Source of the DNA: a bacterium
Lineage (GTDB): Bacteria > Hinthialibacterota > Hinthialibacteria > Hinthialibacterales > Hinthialibacteraceae
NCBI GenBank assembly: GCA_041946805.1
Contig: JBHGBC010000123.1
Coordinates: 1-18,322, forward strand
Reading direction: 5' to 3'
Length of the DNA: 18,322 nucleotides
The translations under genes were made by a program, and so were the position numbers. The notes under the pieces were generated by a model, which had not been told where the DNA came from, did no database searches, and worked only from the letters and a program-made list of their open reading frames with translations. Of this stretch, positions 8,332-17,780 are shown piece by piece (position 1 is the stretch's first letter; each line of letters begins with the position of its first letter).

Positions 8332-8680
8332 CGATAATCTTGTAGAGGATCAGCAATTCTTTCCCGTGTTCGATGGCTTTTTCGGAGCGCAGCCGGTGGA
8401 CGATGGTTTCGTTGGAGATACCCATCTGAGTGAGCAAGGCGCGGGCGTCATGCCAGGTGGGCAGCCATACGAGGGAAGCCTGAAGCATGGACATGCGTTC
8501 CGGGCGCCGGCTGAAGTGCTCCTGGTCGTGGATGAGGTGGACCTTTTCCTGGAAGGGCGAGGGGGCGTCGATCATGCCCGCTTCATCCCAGACATAGTGG
8601 CCCGCGTGCGGCTCCCAATTCAAGCCTTTCTGTTTGAGTTCGATCGCGGAACGGATTTCTTCGTCAGTGAATCGCATCAT
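8318..8680 (-). CDS. Hypothetical protein (120 aa), probably co-transcribed with the glycosyltransferase
   Basis: Globular-looking sequence (GLNWEPHAGHYVWD, SPFQEKV, LVWLPTWHDAR). Its stop overlaps the next start by 14 nt. Confidence 0.75.
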   Translation of the reverse strand: MMRFTDEEIRSAIELKQKGLNWEPHAGHYVWDEAGMIDAPSPFQEKVHLIHDQEHFSRRPERMSMLQASLVWLPTWHDARALLTQMGISNETIVHRLRSEKAIEHGKELLILYKIIDEHL

Positions 8681-8809
8681 GATTCCGGCTCATTAATCAT
8701 TCAAATGAATTCATCGAGAGTATATTAAACCGATTCCGCCCGGATTCCTATAGTTTACTTTCACGAAAAATGGAGAAAAAAGGGGAGATAGAGGAAGCGT
8801 GGGCAGGGA

Positions 8810-8990
8810 AGGGGACGGATAGGACGGATAGGATAGGCAAGACAAAAAGGAGTGACAGAAGCGAAAGTATGTCATCCCCGCAAAAGCGGGGATCCAGGAT
8901 ATTCCATTGTAAGGTGGATTAACTCGAAGCGCGTAACCCACCACATCTCAGGGGATTGCATTGTAGGCGGCTCGCGTGCGCGCAATCCCG
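8810..8990. repeat. Composite REP-like cluster
   Basis: ggacggata tandem repeats (8813-8836); gtcatccccgcaaaagcggggatccag palindrome (8871-8897); gtaaggtggatta..taacccacc (8909-8942); gggattgc..gcaatccc (8952-8989). Confidence 0.75.
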
Positions 8991-9274
8991 ATAGGATTGC
9001 ATGTGAATAGCCGGGGCTGACAACCCCCGGTACTGTTTCTGAAGATATCAACCCCTGCGGGGAGGAAATATTTTTTCCCGGCCGGGATTTGTGGGTAAAG
9101 GCTGCTTTCGCGGGGAGGACATCCGGGAGGGCTCATAAATCAGGATCAGCCTGCGAGGGGTAGGGAATCGGGTGGAAGATGAATTTCGGGCGGTTATCCC
9201 TTGATCCCGCACGATGTCCTCCTGATAGTAATAGATGGTGAACGATCCCGCTTTGTATGAAAGGTGTCCGAACC

Positions 9275-11707
9275 ATGCATAAACCAGGCTGGGGATTATC
9301 CATCCTTGTGGCGGGTATGATATTCGTGTCTTTCGTGATGGGAGGCGAGAAGGCGGCGGAAACGCCGAAAGTGAATATTCAAGGAAGTCCGGACAAACCG
9401 GCCGGGGAATGGATCCTGTGGTATCAGCAGCCCGCCGCGCAATGGGAGGAGGCGCTGCCCGTGGGCAACGGCCGCATCGGCGCGATGGTCTTCGGCGGCG
9501 TGGCCAAGGAGCGCCTGCCACTCAATGATGACACCCTGTGGGACGGCTATCCCCGGGAGCGGATCAATCCGAAAGGCAGGGAGGCTTTGCCTGAAATACG
9601 GCGGTTGCTCTTCGAGGGCCGCAACGAGGAAGCCGAGAAGCTGGCGGGGCAGACCCTGATGGGTGTTCCCGAGCGGATCTTGTCGTATCAGACTCTGGGG
9701 GATCTGTGGATCGAGGTTCCCGGCATCGAGCAGGCCGCCGAATACCGCCGCTGGCTCGATCTGGACTCCGGCGTGGCCGGGGTGGAGTACATTGCTGATG
9801 GAACGCAATTCACGCGCGAGGTGTTCGCGTCCCATCCGCACCAGGCCATCGTGGTGCGATTCAAGGCGAACCAGCCGGGAGCGATCCAGGCGCGGCTTTC
9901 CTTCACGCGGGAGCAGGACGCCCAATGCCTCAGCGAGGGAGACAACCGGCTCATCCTGCGCGGGCAGATCCACCGCCCGCATCACGAGACCGGTGAAAAC
10001 ATGGGTATGCAGTTCGAAGCCCACTGCCTGGCGCTGGCCCGCGGCGGCGAAAAGATGAACGAAAACGGGGTATTGCGAATCCAAGGGGCGGACGAGTTAA
10101 TGCTGCTGATCGTCACCGCCACGAATTACAAGCATCTCAATCCCGAAGCGGTTTGCCGGGCGCAGTTGGAAGCCGTCCGCGGAACACCGTTCTCCGCCCT
10201 GCGCGAATTGCATGTGGCCGACCATCGCGCCCTGTTCCGGCGGGTGGACCTGGATCTGGGACACTCGAACCTCGAATCCATGCCCACAGACCAGCGTCTC
10301 CAGGCCGTGGCCCAGGGAGAGCATGATCCCCAACTGATCGCCACGTATTTTCAATTCGGCCGCTATCTGCTGATGGGCTGCTCGCGGCCCGGCTGCATGC
10401 CCGCCAACCTGCAGGGGCTTTGGAATCATCACCTCAACGCGCCCTGGAACAGCGATTATCACACCAACATCAATCTGCAGATGAACTATTGGCCCGCCGA
10501 AGTGGCCAACCTCTCTGAATGCCACCTGCCCCTCTTCGATTACATGGAAACGTTGATTCCCTCGGGAACCCGGACCGCGTGGGAATTGTATGGCTGCCGC
10601 GGCTGGACGGTGCATCATCTCTCCGATATTTGGGGCTTCACCACGCCGGCGGACGGCGTGTGGGGGATCTGGCCGGTGGGCGGCGCGTGGCTGTGCCAGC
10701 ACCTGTACGAGCATTATCTCTTCACGGGCGACACGGATTTCCTGCGCGAGCGGGCCTATTCGATCATGAAGGGCGCGGCCGTGTTTCTGCTCGATTTCCT
10801 CGAATTTTCGCCGGACGGCTGGCTGGTGACCAATCCCTCCCATTCGCCTGAGAACGCCTTCATCAAGGAAGACGGCTCCCGCTCGATGTTCACCTACGGT
10901 TCGACCATGGACATCGAGATTATCCAGGATCTCTTCACCAACGTCATCGAGGTGTCTGAAATCCTGGGGATCGACGAGGATTTCCGCTGGCATCTGCGCA
11001 AGGCGTTGTGCTATCTAGCACCCATGCAGATCAGCCCTGAAACCGGACGGCTGCAGGAATGGATCAAGGATTACAGCGAAGCCGAGCCGGGACACCGCCA
11101 CATGTCGCACCTGTTCGGACTGCATCCCGGCCGGTCCATCACCCTGAGGGGCACGCCGGTTTACGCCGCCGCCGCCCGTAAATCGCTCGAATTCCGGCTG
11201 GCGCACGGGGGCGGACACACTGGCTGGAGCCGCGCGTGGATGATCAACTTCCGGGCGCGCCTGGAGGAGGGAGACAAAGCCTTCGAAAACATCCAGGCTT
11301 TGCTGGCCAAATCCACGTTGCCCAGCTTGTTCGACAACCACCCGCCGTTTCAAATCGACGGCAACTTCGGCGGGACAGCCGGGATCGCCGAAATGCTGCT
11401 GCAAAGCCACGCCGGAGAAATCAACATCCTGCCCGCCTTGCCTTCCGCCTGGCCGGAGGGCTTCGTCAACGGCCTGCGGGCGCGCGGGGGATATACGGTG
11501 GACATTTCCTGGAACAAAGGAAAGGCCCGGGAGGTGACCTTGCGCGCGGGACAGGATGGATCCTGCACCCTGCGGGTTCCCCAAGGGCAAACGGTCAAGC
11601 AGGTTCGCGAGCAGAGTAGGGAAGTGGTCATTGAAAAGACGAAGGAGGAATGCGTGGTGAAGTTTCCCGTGAAGGGAGGGAAAGAATTTTCGGTCGTAGT
11701 GGAATAG
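9275..11707 (+). CDS. Glycoside hydrolase family 95 (alpha-1,2-L-fucosidase-like), with signal peptide
   Basis: [85 protein letters not shown] and [23 protein letters not shown]. Hydrophobic N-terminus. AAAGGTG precedes ATG 9275 (alternative start 9257). Confidence 0.96.
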   Translation: MHKPGWGLSILVAGMIFVSFVMGGEKAAETPKVNIQGSPDKPAGEWILWYQQPAAQWEEALPVGNGRIGAMVFGGVAKERLPLNDDTLWDGYPRERINPKGREALPEIRRLLFEGRNEEAEKLAGQTLMGVPERILSYQTLGDLWIEVPGIEQAAEYRRWLDLDSGVAGVEYIADGTQFTREVFASHPHQAIVVRFKANQPGAIQARLSFTREQDAQCLSEGDNRLILRGQIHRPHHETGENMGMQFEAHCLALARGGEKMNENGVLRIQGADELMLLIVTATNYKHLNPEAVCRAQLEAVRGTPFSALRELHVADHRALFRRVDLDLGHSNLESMPTDQRLQAVAQGEHDPQLIATYFQFGRYLLMGCSRPGCMPANLQGLWNHHLNAPWNSDYHTNINLQMNYWPAEVANLSECHLPLFDYMETLIPSGTRTAWELYGCRGWTVHHLSDIWGFTTPADGVWGIWPVGGAWLCQHLYEHYLFTGDTDFLRERAYSIMKGAAVFLLDFLEFSPDGWLVTNPSHSPENAFIKEDGSRSMFTYGSTMDIEIIQDLFTNVIEVSEILGIDEDFRWHLRKALCYLAPMQISPETGRLQEWIKDYSEAEPGHRHMSHLFGLHPGRSITLRGTPVYAAAARKSLEFRLAHGGGHTGWSRAWMINFRARLEEGDKAFENIQALLAKSTLPSLFDNHPPFQIDGNFGGTAGIAEMLLQSHAGEINILPALPSAWPEGFVNGLRARGGYTVDISWNKGKAREVTLRAGQDGSCTLRVPQGQTVKQVREQSREVVIEKTKEECVVKFPVKGGKEFSVVVE

Positions 11708-12146
11708 AGCGCAGGCAAGAGCCATTCTAGATTCCGTTCCCGTTCCGGCGGAACCCCTTGGAAAACGCGCCAGATGTCTCATCTTCCCTTGAATGACCCA
11801 GTTAGGATGAACTCCCTGCTGTCGAATGACCTCCCTGAGGATTATCTCCCTCCCGAACCGCCTCCGACGTTGCTTACGCCTTGAAATGGAAATCCAATTA
11901 ATTCCATGTACTGATCATGATTGGTAACCTTCTGGCCGACTCTCGGCCTACCCGTATTCCAACTGAATCACCTGTCTGGTTTTAGGGGTCCATTCGTGTG
12001 AAATAAGCCCAGGTGGTTCCATGATTTGTGATGAATCGATATCGATAAAAAAGGGCATAAAACTTCAATCATTGATTATTACCTGCATAGAGAGAAAGGA
12101 TGCTGCACCAACCCGGCGTGGGTGACTTTTTTTATTGAATTTGATC

Positions 12147-12175
12147 TTGCAGTTCAGAAAGAATAGTATTATAGT
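12147..12175 (+). promoter_or_regulatory. Putative sigma70 promoter of the cas operon
   Basis: TTGCAG-17 nt-TATAGT within an AT-rich tract ~85 nt upstream of cas6. An AAGGAG RBS lies before ATG 12259. Confidence 0.55.
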
Positions 12176-12258
12176 ATAAAAATTTAACCAAAAAATCTTT
12201 TTTGGAAATATTCAAGATATGTTTGCAAATTCTGAAAGCCTAAAGGAGCCGGGAAATC

Positions 12259-12849
12259 ATGCCCTTTGTTGATCTTTCCTTTCCTCTCCGGGGGACAACC
12301 GTTCCCGTGGATCATGGTTACGCCTTGTTTTCCGCGGTCAACCGGCTGATTCCCGCCGTACATGGCCATTCCAAGTTGGCCATTCATCCGATCCGGGGTG
12401 TTTATGCCGGAGGCGGAATCCTGCAGCTGAGCAAAAGCAGCCGCCTCACGATCCGGTTGGAGGCCGACGAGATCAAGACGTGTCTCCCGCTGGCGGGAAA
12501 AACCTTGGTGATTCAAGGAGTCACCCTGCAGGTGGGCGTCCCCCGGGTGTATCTCCTGACTCCCGCGGCCAATCTTCGCGCGCGTTTGGTCACGATCAAG
12601 GGATTCCTGGAGGAGGCCGCGTTCCGGGAAGCCGCGCTACGCCAACTGGATGATCTGCATATTCAAGCCGAGCTGAAACTGGGCCCCCGCCGGACCGTGC
12701 GCATACAAGACAAGCGGATCGTCGGCTACCCGGCGGCCTTGCTGGGGCTCACGGCGGAGGAGTCCCTCACGATCCAGGAGCACGGACTCGGCGGCCGCCG
12801 GCGCTTCGGGTGCGGGGTGTTTGTGAGGGTGAGAGAGAAGAAATCATGA
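12259..12849 (+). CDS. cas6: CRISPR-associated endoribonuclease Cas6 (type I-B MYXAN, Cmx6-like)
   Basis: VDLSFPLRGTTVPVDHGYALFSA, LRARLVTIKG and the C-terminal glycine loop QEHGLGGRRRFGCGVF. Confidence 0.95.
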   Translation: MPFVDLSFPLRGTTVPVDHGYALFSAVNRLIPAVHGHSKLAIHPIRGVYAGGGILQLSKSSRLTIRLEADEIKTCLPLAGKTLVIQGVTLQVGVPRVYLLTPAANLRARLVTIKGFLEEAAFREAALRQLDDLHIQAELKLGPRRTVRIQDKRIVGYPAALLGLTAEESLTIQEHGLGGRRRFGCGVFVRVREKKS

Positions 12850-15209
12850 AAATGCCGAAAAGATTATTAGCAAAAAGCATAGAGATGGATACGAACGGCC
12901 AGTCCATTGATTGCGAGCATGTTTATTTGCCCGGTCATTTGAAATGCGCCTTGGAATCGGCTTTGTCGATTGTGGATCTCACTGGCAAAGACCAACTGGC
13001 GGCATTGGATTTGGAAATAGAAAAATGGTTCCCCCGGCTGCAAAAGGTCGTCTGCCTCGGGGCTGCGCTGCACGATCTGGGTAAAGCCAACGATCATTTT
13101 CAAGGGATGTTGCAACCAGACTTTTTCCCGGACCGGAGAGGCCGTTTGCAAGGTCTCCGCCATGAATGGGTGACATACTTGATTCTCAGAGAAGCCATCG
13201 AGTGGTTATTTCCCGCATTGGATAACGATCCCATCAATTGGCTGGCGATGGAAAGCGCGATCACCGGACACCATCCCGCCTATGAACGGCCCTCCCCACC
13301 CTGTTCAAATCCAGCGGGGAGTGGATCAGAAATGATAATCTTCTCAAAACACCAAGATTTTGAAGCCTGTTTGGATATTATTCGTGATCAATTTAATCTT
13401 GAAAATAATCCATCTCATCCATTGACATCTATTCATTTATCAGGATCGGGTAGTGTATTCAAAAAGATAAGAAATGGTATCCAGGAACATCATCAAAACT
13501 GGGATACCTTTTCTCCCGAGGAAAAGCGTTTTGTCGCGTCCTGCAAAGCCTGCCTGATTGCCGCGGATATCGCCGGATCCGCGTTGCCGGAGGAAATTTC
13601 GGAGCTATCCCAGCAGGAGAATTGGATCAAGGCTGCCTTCTCGGCAATTCCCCGGCCGGAACAAATCGCCGATATCCTGGCTTGCCGGTTGCATTGCGCG
13701 GTGGAGGAAATCGAGGACCGGTTGCGGCCGTTTCAAAAAGAAGCCGCGGAAAAAGCGGGACCGATCACCTTCCTGAAAGCCGGATGCGGCACGGGGAAAA
13801 CCCTGGCCGCATACCACTGGGCGCGAGAACACTGTCCAGGGAAACGAGTGTATATCTGCTACCCCACCACCGGAACCGCCACCGAGGGATTCCGCGATTA
13901 CCTTTTCAATCCCGATGAGAAAACCGGCAAATACGGGGCGGATTTGTTTACCAGCCGGGCGGATGTGGATAAAGCCATCATTCTGGGAATCCATCGCGGC
14001 CGTGAGGAAGAGGACCCGGAAGAAGGGGTGATCCGCATTGAATCCCTTAAAGCCTGGTCCACGCCGATGGTCAGCTGCACCGTGGATACGGTACTCGGTT
14101 TGATCCAGAACAACCGCCGGGGTTTGTACGCTTGGCCGGCCTTGGCGGGCGCGGCGTTTGTTTTCGATGAGATCCACGCGTACGACGACAAACTCTTTGG
14201 CGCGCTGCTGCGCTTCCTGGAGGCCCTGCATGGAGTCCCCGTTTTGTTAATGACCGCCAGCCTGCCGCAAATACGCTTGGAAATTTTGCGAAACAAATGT
14301 CAAAAAATGGGCATCGGTCTCGTTGAGATCGACGGACCCAAAGAGATCGAAGAAATTCCCCGCTACCATCGGCAAGGAACCATCGACAACCAGGATCCTC
14401 TCCCTGCCATACAGCGGGAATACGTGCGCGGCGGAAAGATCCTCTGGGTTTGCAACACGGTCAATCGGGCGATGGATGCTTATGACCGGGCAAAAGTGGC
14501 GGGACTGGAACCGATTCTTTATCACAGCCGCTTCCGGTATGAAGACCGGGTACAGCAACATCAACAAGTCATCGCCCGATTTAAGGAATATGAGCCTCAA
14601 GCCGCCTTGGCGATTTGCACCCAGGTGGCCGAGATGAGCCTGGATCTATCGGCCTCGCTGTTGGTGACCGATCTGGCCCCCGTTCCCGCCTTGATTCAAC
14701 GCTTGGGACGCCTCAACCGCCGCGCGAACAAGGGAGATCCAACCTGCCTCTTTATCGTTATCGAGCCGGTGGACGAAGCGGGGGATCCGGAAAACCTGCC
14801 CTATACCGCCGCCGAATTGGATTCCGCCCGCCGGTGGCTTGGCGTTCTACCAGAAACGGGCATTTCCCAACTGGATTTAGCCCAAGTTTGGGAGGTAAAG
14901 ATTGAAGATAGCAAGGAACGCCGTCCCGCCTATTGCCCCTCCGCCTGGCTGGATGGAGGACCAATTACCAACGTCTTGGAACTTCGGGAAGGCTCCCCTG
15001 GGATCACCGTGATTCAGGAAAGGGACCGGCAACGGGTGGTGGAGGACTACCGGGAATTGAAAAAAGTCCTGATTCCCATGAATCCCCCTCCCCGGCATCA
15101 GGAGTGGCATAAATGGCCAAGGTACCGGGGCATCCCCATCGCCCCGGAGGGGACGATCGAATACCACGAGGAACGAGGTGCACGATGGCAAAAAAAAGAG
15201 CAAAAGTAA
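12846..15209 (+). CDS. cas3: CRISPR-associated HD nuclease/helicase Cas3
   Basis: HD domain (GHL, LHDLGKAN, RHE, GHH, AAD), Walker A GCGTGKT, DEIH, MTAS, HSRF, TQVAEMSLD and QRLGRLNR. The start overlaps the cas6 stop (ATGA). Confidence 0.96.
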   Translation: MKMPKRLLAKSIEMDTNGQSIDCEHVYLPGHLKCALESALSIVDLTGKDQLAALDLEIEKWFPRLQKVVCLGAALHDLGKANDHFQGMLQPDFFPDRRGRLQGLRHEWVTYLILREAIEWLFPALDNDPINWLAMESAITGHHPAYERPSPPCSNPAGSGSEMIIFSKHQDFEACLDIIRDQFNLENNPSHPLTSIHLSGSGSVFKKIRNGIQEHHQNWDTFSPEEKRFVASCKACLIAADIAGSALPEEISELSQQENWIKAAFSAIPRPEQIADILACRLHCAVEEIEDRLRPFQKEAAEKAGPITFLKAGCGTGKTLAAYHWAREHCPGKRVYICYPTTGTATEGFRDYLFNPDEKTGKYGADLFTSRADVDKAIILGIHRGREEEDPEEGVIRIESLKAWSTPMVSCTVDTVLGLIQNNRRGLYAWPALAGAAFVFDEIHAYDDKLFGALLRFLEALHGVPVLLMTASLPQIRLEILRNKCQKMGIGLVEIDGPKEIEEIPRYHRQGTIDNQDPLPAIQREYVRGGKILWVCNTVNRAMDAYDRAKVAGLEPILYHSRFRYEDRVQQHQQVIARFKEYEPQAALAICTQVAEMSLDLSASLLVTDLAPVPALIQRLGRLNRRANKGDPTCLFIVIEPVDEAGDPENLPYTAAELDSARRWLGVLPETGISQLDLAQVWEVKIEDSKERRPAYCPSAWLDGGPITNVLELREGSPGITVIQERDRQRVVEDYRELKKVLIPMNPPPRHQEWHKWPRYRGIPIAPEGTIEYHEERGARWQKKEQK

Positions 15210-16837
15210 AAGAAGATCCACCTTCCCATCTAACCCTGCGCCTTTTCGATCCGGGCATGTCCATGCTGCACCGCGCCGGATTGGGCGGCTTGGCGTGTAC
15301 TCTCCGGTATATTGAACGGGCGTACAGAGAAGAACAAATCTCTGAAGATGAAATTCCTGGTATTCCTTGGAATGATAATACACCGCCGTGGCGCATTGAT
15401 AAATTGGAGGTCACCCTTAACTTCGGAGAACCGGAACATGCGGGAGAGTTTTTGAAACGGCTATTCTCCCTGGCTTTTCAAATTCGTGACAGTCTTGTCT
15501 ATCTTCCTGGGCAACATATTGATCCACCCAATAAGGAAGTTTTAATTGATTTGCAAAGTGGCCTGACACTCACTTTTCTTCAACATGGCAATGTCCGTAA
15601 ATTAGAAAAAAATGGAACAACTGAATCATTTCATATAGATGATACAGTGCTCCAATTTAACTACCGAAAATGCATTTCATTTAAACATCAGGAAGGCTGG
15701 AAGGATTTAGTTGATAAGAAAGGATGCCTTCAGTCTAAACCGATCGAAGTCATCGGCCCTATCAATCCCGGAGCCGTCGTTCGTCATAACGCTTTTTCAT
15801 CCGATACGAAAATTGAAGAATCCGTTGACCAAGTATTAGCATTATATTTTGCCATCGTGGGATGTTTAACCCTTCCAGTCAACCGGGGGTGTGGAGTATT
15901 GGTCATCCCGGATGTCCAAGATCTCGTTGAATTTGCTGAGAATCGTCCTTATATGACACCGTTGGTTTCACGCGAATGCCGAATCACGAACGCTGGCGAC
16001 GCGGTTTTGCAAGCCCAGATTCGTCTGAAATCAAAAAAGGTAATCGATTGGTACGAGATTCCCGCTTGCCACGCGATTACCTTTCAACCCACGCCGTGGG
16101 CCAGTCAGCAAAAATCCCGCGTCCATGCCATGATTGTCCCTCCCGGTGAGGAAGAGCGGTTAAAACAATTCGAATTCGCTCTGAGCGAGTTGCCCCCGAG
16201 AATCATTTCCCGTACGAAAAAGGAAACCACGGGCAAGGGGAAAGACAAAAAAATCATCGAAAAAACCGAATGGTTTTGGGTGGACAGTATTATCCGCCCC
16301 TTGATCGCTGATAACCTCGCCCGCAACCAGTCTTTCTACCAAGGATTTACCGAACTGATGATTCAGATGGATCCTGTAAGCAAAAAACCATTACGTGAAA
16401 AAATCCACTTCGAAAAGAAAGGATTAAAAGCCATGGTTGATAAAACGATGGAAGGAGCCCAAAAGATTTTTATCGATTCCGTCCATAAAGCGATGTCGCA
16501 AACCTATGGACGGATCAAGGAAGATGCTCAGGGCCCTGAAAAGAAGCCCTTGACCCCAGCCACGAAAAAACGATGGAGTAATCAGTACGATCGCTGGCGG
16601 TTGGCTTTCTCCGGCGCGAAAACCCCCGAGCAGATCCGGTTTGCCCTTTGTGACCTGTTCAGCCGGGCCGGTGGCATCGAAGTGTTGAAAAAACAATGGC
16701 AAGAGGTATTACCGATGATCAGTGATCGTGAGAATTGGCAACTGACCCGGGATTTAGCGCTTCTCGCCCTGGCCAGTTATACCGGTAAAGAAGCCGGAAT
16801 ATTGGAATCCGAATCTTCGGAAGAACTAAGTGATTAA
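15185..16837 (+). CDS. cas8: Type I-B MYXAN large subunit Cas8 (Cas8a1/Cmx1/DevT-like)
   Basis: LFDPGMSMLHRAGLGGLA, LTFLQHG, PGAVVRH, WASQQKSR, IADNLA and WQLTRDLALLALASY. Sits between cas3 and cas7; GAGGTG RBS before ATG 15185. Confidence 0.9.
   Translation: MAKKRAKVKEDPPSHLTLRLFDPGMSMLHRAGLGGLACTLRYIERAYREEQISEDEIPGIPWNDNTPPWRIDKLEVTLNFGEPEHAGEFLKRLFSLAFQIRDSLVYLPGQHIDPPNKEVLIDLQSGLTLTFLQHGNVRKLEKNGTTESFHIDDTVLQFNYRKCISFKHQEGWKDLVDKKGCLQSKPIEVIGPINPGAVVRHNAFSSDTKIEESVDQVLALYFAIVGCLTLPVNRGCGVLVIPDVQDLVEFAENRPYMTPLVSRECRITNAGDAVLQAQIRLKSKKVIDWYEIPACHAITFQPTPWASQQKSRVHAMIVPPGEEERLKQFEFALSELPPRIISRTKKETTGKGKDKKIIEKTEWFWVDSIIRPLIADNLARNQSFYQGFTELMIQMDPVSKKPLREKIHFEKKGLKAMVDKTMEGAQKIFIDSVHKAMSQTYGRIKEDAQGPEKKPLTPATKKRWSNQYDRWRLAFSGAKTPEQIRFALCDLFSRAGGIEVLKKQWQEVLPMISDRENWQLTRDLALLALASYTGKEAGILESESSEELSD
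16433..16837 (+). CDS. cas11: Predicted small subunit Cas11, translated in-frame from an internal start in cas8
   Basis: In-frame ATG 16433 is preceded by AAAGGA at 9-nt spacing. The 134-aa product looks alpha-helical. Confidence 0.6.
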   Translation: MVDKTMEGAQKIFIDSVHKAMSQTYGRIKEDAQGPEKKPLTPATKKRWSNQYDRWRLAFSGAKTPEQIRFALCDLFSRAGGIEVLKKQWQEVLPMISDRENWQLTRDLALLALASYTGKEAGILESESSEELSD

Positions 16838-16856
16838 TTATCAGGAGGATATACCA

Positions 16857-17774
16857 ATGGCTCTGCACGTATTCGCGAGTATCATCACCCCGTTTGGCAC
16901 CGCCGCCAATAACCGTTCGGAAACCGAAGGCAATATCACCACCTTGCAGAAGCTCATCTGGCAAGGGCAAACGCACTCCACCGTCAGCGCCGAAGCGATC
17001 CGCTTTGCGTTGCGCCGCTTGCTGGCGCAGGCCGAGGAAGAAGGAACCAACCGAGTCTTCAACGAAGACACCCGGATCAATGAATGGCATGACCGGGAAT
17101 TCAAGCGGTGGGAAGACTCCTCCAAGAAGACTCCTTACATCGATGACGATCTCCTCGGTTTCATGTCCGCCGAGGCCGCGAAAAACGAAGGGGAATCGGG
17201 CACCGCCAATGTGCGCCGGGCGGTTTTGGAAGTCACGCGCGCCATCTCATTGAATCCCTGGTACGGCGACTTCACGTTCAATGCGGCCTCTCCCGCCGCC
17301 ACCCCTTCCGCCGCGAAAAAGGGAGAAAATCCAGTTCCTTACGGTACCGAGGTCCACGCCACCCGTTATCAGTTCGGTTTGGCCATGACGCCCGAACGCC
17401 TGCGCGATCCCAGCCGCGCCGCCAAGGCCCTGCGCGCGATCGGCCATCTGCGTACCGTCGCCGGCAATCACGGGCGCTTTCTGTATGATTTCTCCCCCGA
17501 TGCCATTATCCTGCGGATCACCGATGATCCCGCCCCCCGGCTGCTCTATTGTTTCGACACCGATGACGATGGCAAAACCTTCCACGCGCGATCCCTGCTC
17601 AGCCGGATCGATGTGGGCGATGTGCTAGCCGATGAATTGATCCTGGGCGTCAGCGATCTTTCCTGGAAAATCGCCGAGGATTTCAAGGGAAAAGGCGTGG
17701 AAGTCATGGGGGTGAAAGCCGCCATCGACAAGGCTTGTAAAGATCTCGACAGCAAATTATCCATCGCGGGGTGA
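16857..17774 (+). CDS. cas7: Cas7 (Cst2/DevR-like) backbone subunit
   Basis: AANNRSETEGNITTLQK, TVSAEAIRFALR, YIDDDLLGFM, YGTEVHATRYQFG and VAGNHGRFLYDFSP. AGGAGG RBS before ATG 16857. Confidence 0.95.
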   Translation: MALHVFASIITPFGTAANNRSETEGNITTLQKLIWQGQTHSTVSAEAIRFALRRLLAQAEEEGTNRVFNEDTRINEWHDREFKRWEDSSKKTPYIDDDLLGFMSAEAAKNEGESGTANVRRAVLEVTRAISLNPWYGDFTFNAASPAATPSAAKKGENPVPYGTEVHATRYQFGLAMTPERLRDPSRAAKALRAIGHLRTVAGNHGRFLYDFSPDAIILRITDDPAPRLLYCFDTDDDGKTFHARSLLSRIDVGDVLADELILGVSDLSWKIAEDFKGKGVEVMGVKAAIDKACKDLDSKLSIAG

Positions 17775-17780
17775 ACCATC

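Noticed and set aside
12106..12133. Hairpin plus T-run upstream of the cas promoter as a terminator
   Set aside because: The stem is short and imperfect, and it is ~400 nt from the GH95 stop, so support is too weak.
11708..12258. CRISPR array, mini-array or CreTA-like RNA upstream of cas6
   Set aside because: No repeat-spacer periodicity. Only a faint single resemblance (gttgcttacgcctt, ~11869) to MYXAN-type repeat ends, which cannot be tested without the cognate repeat.
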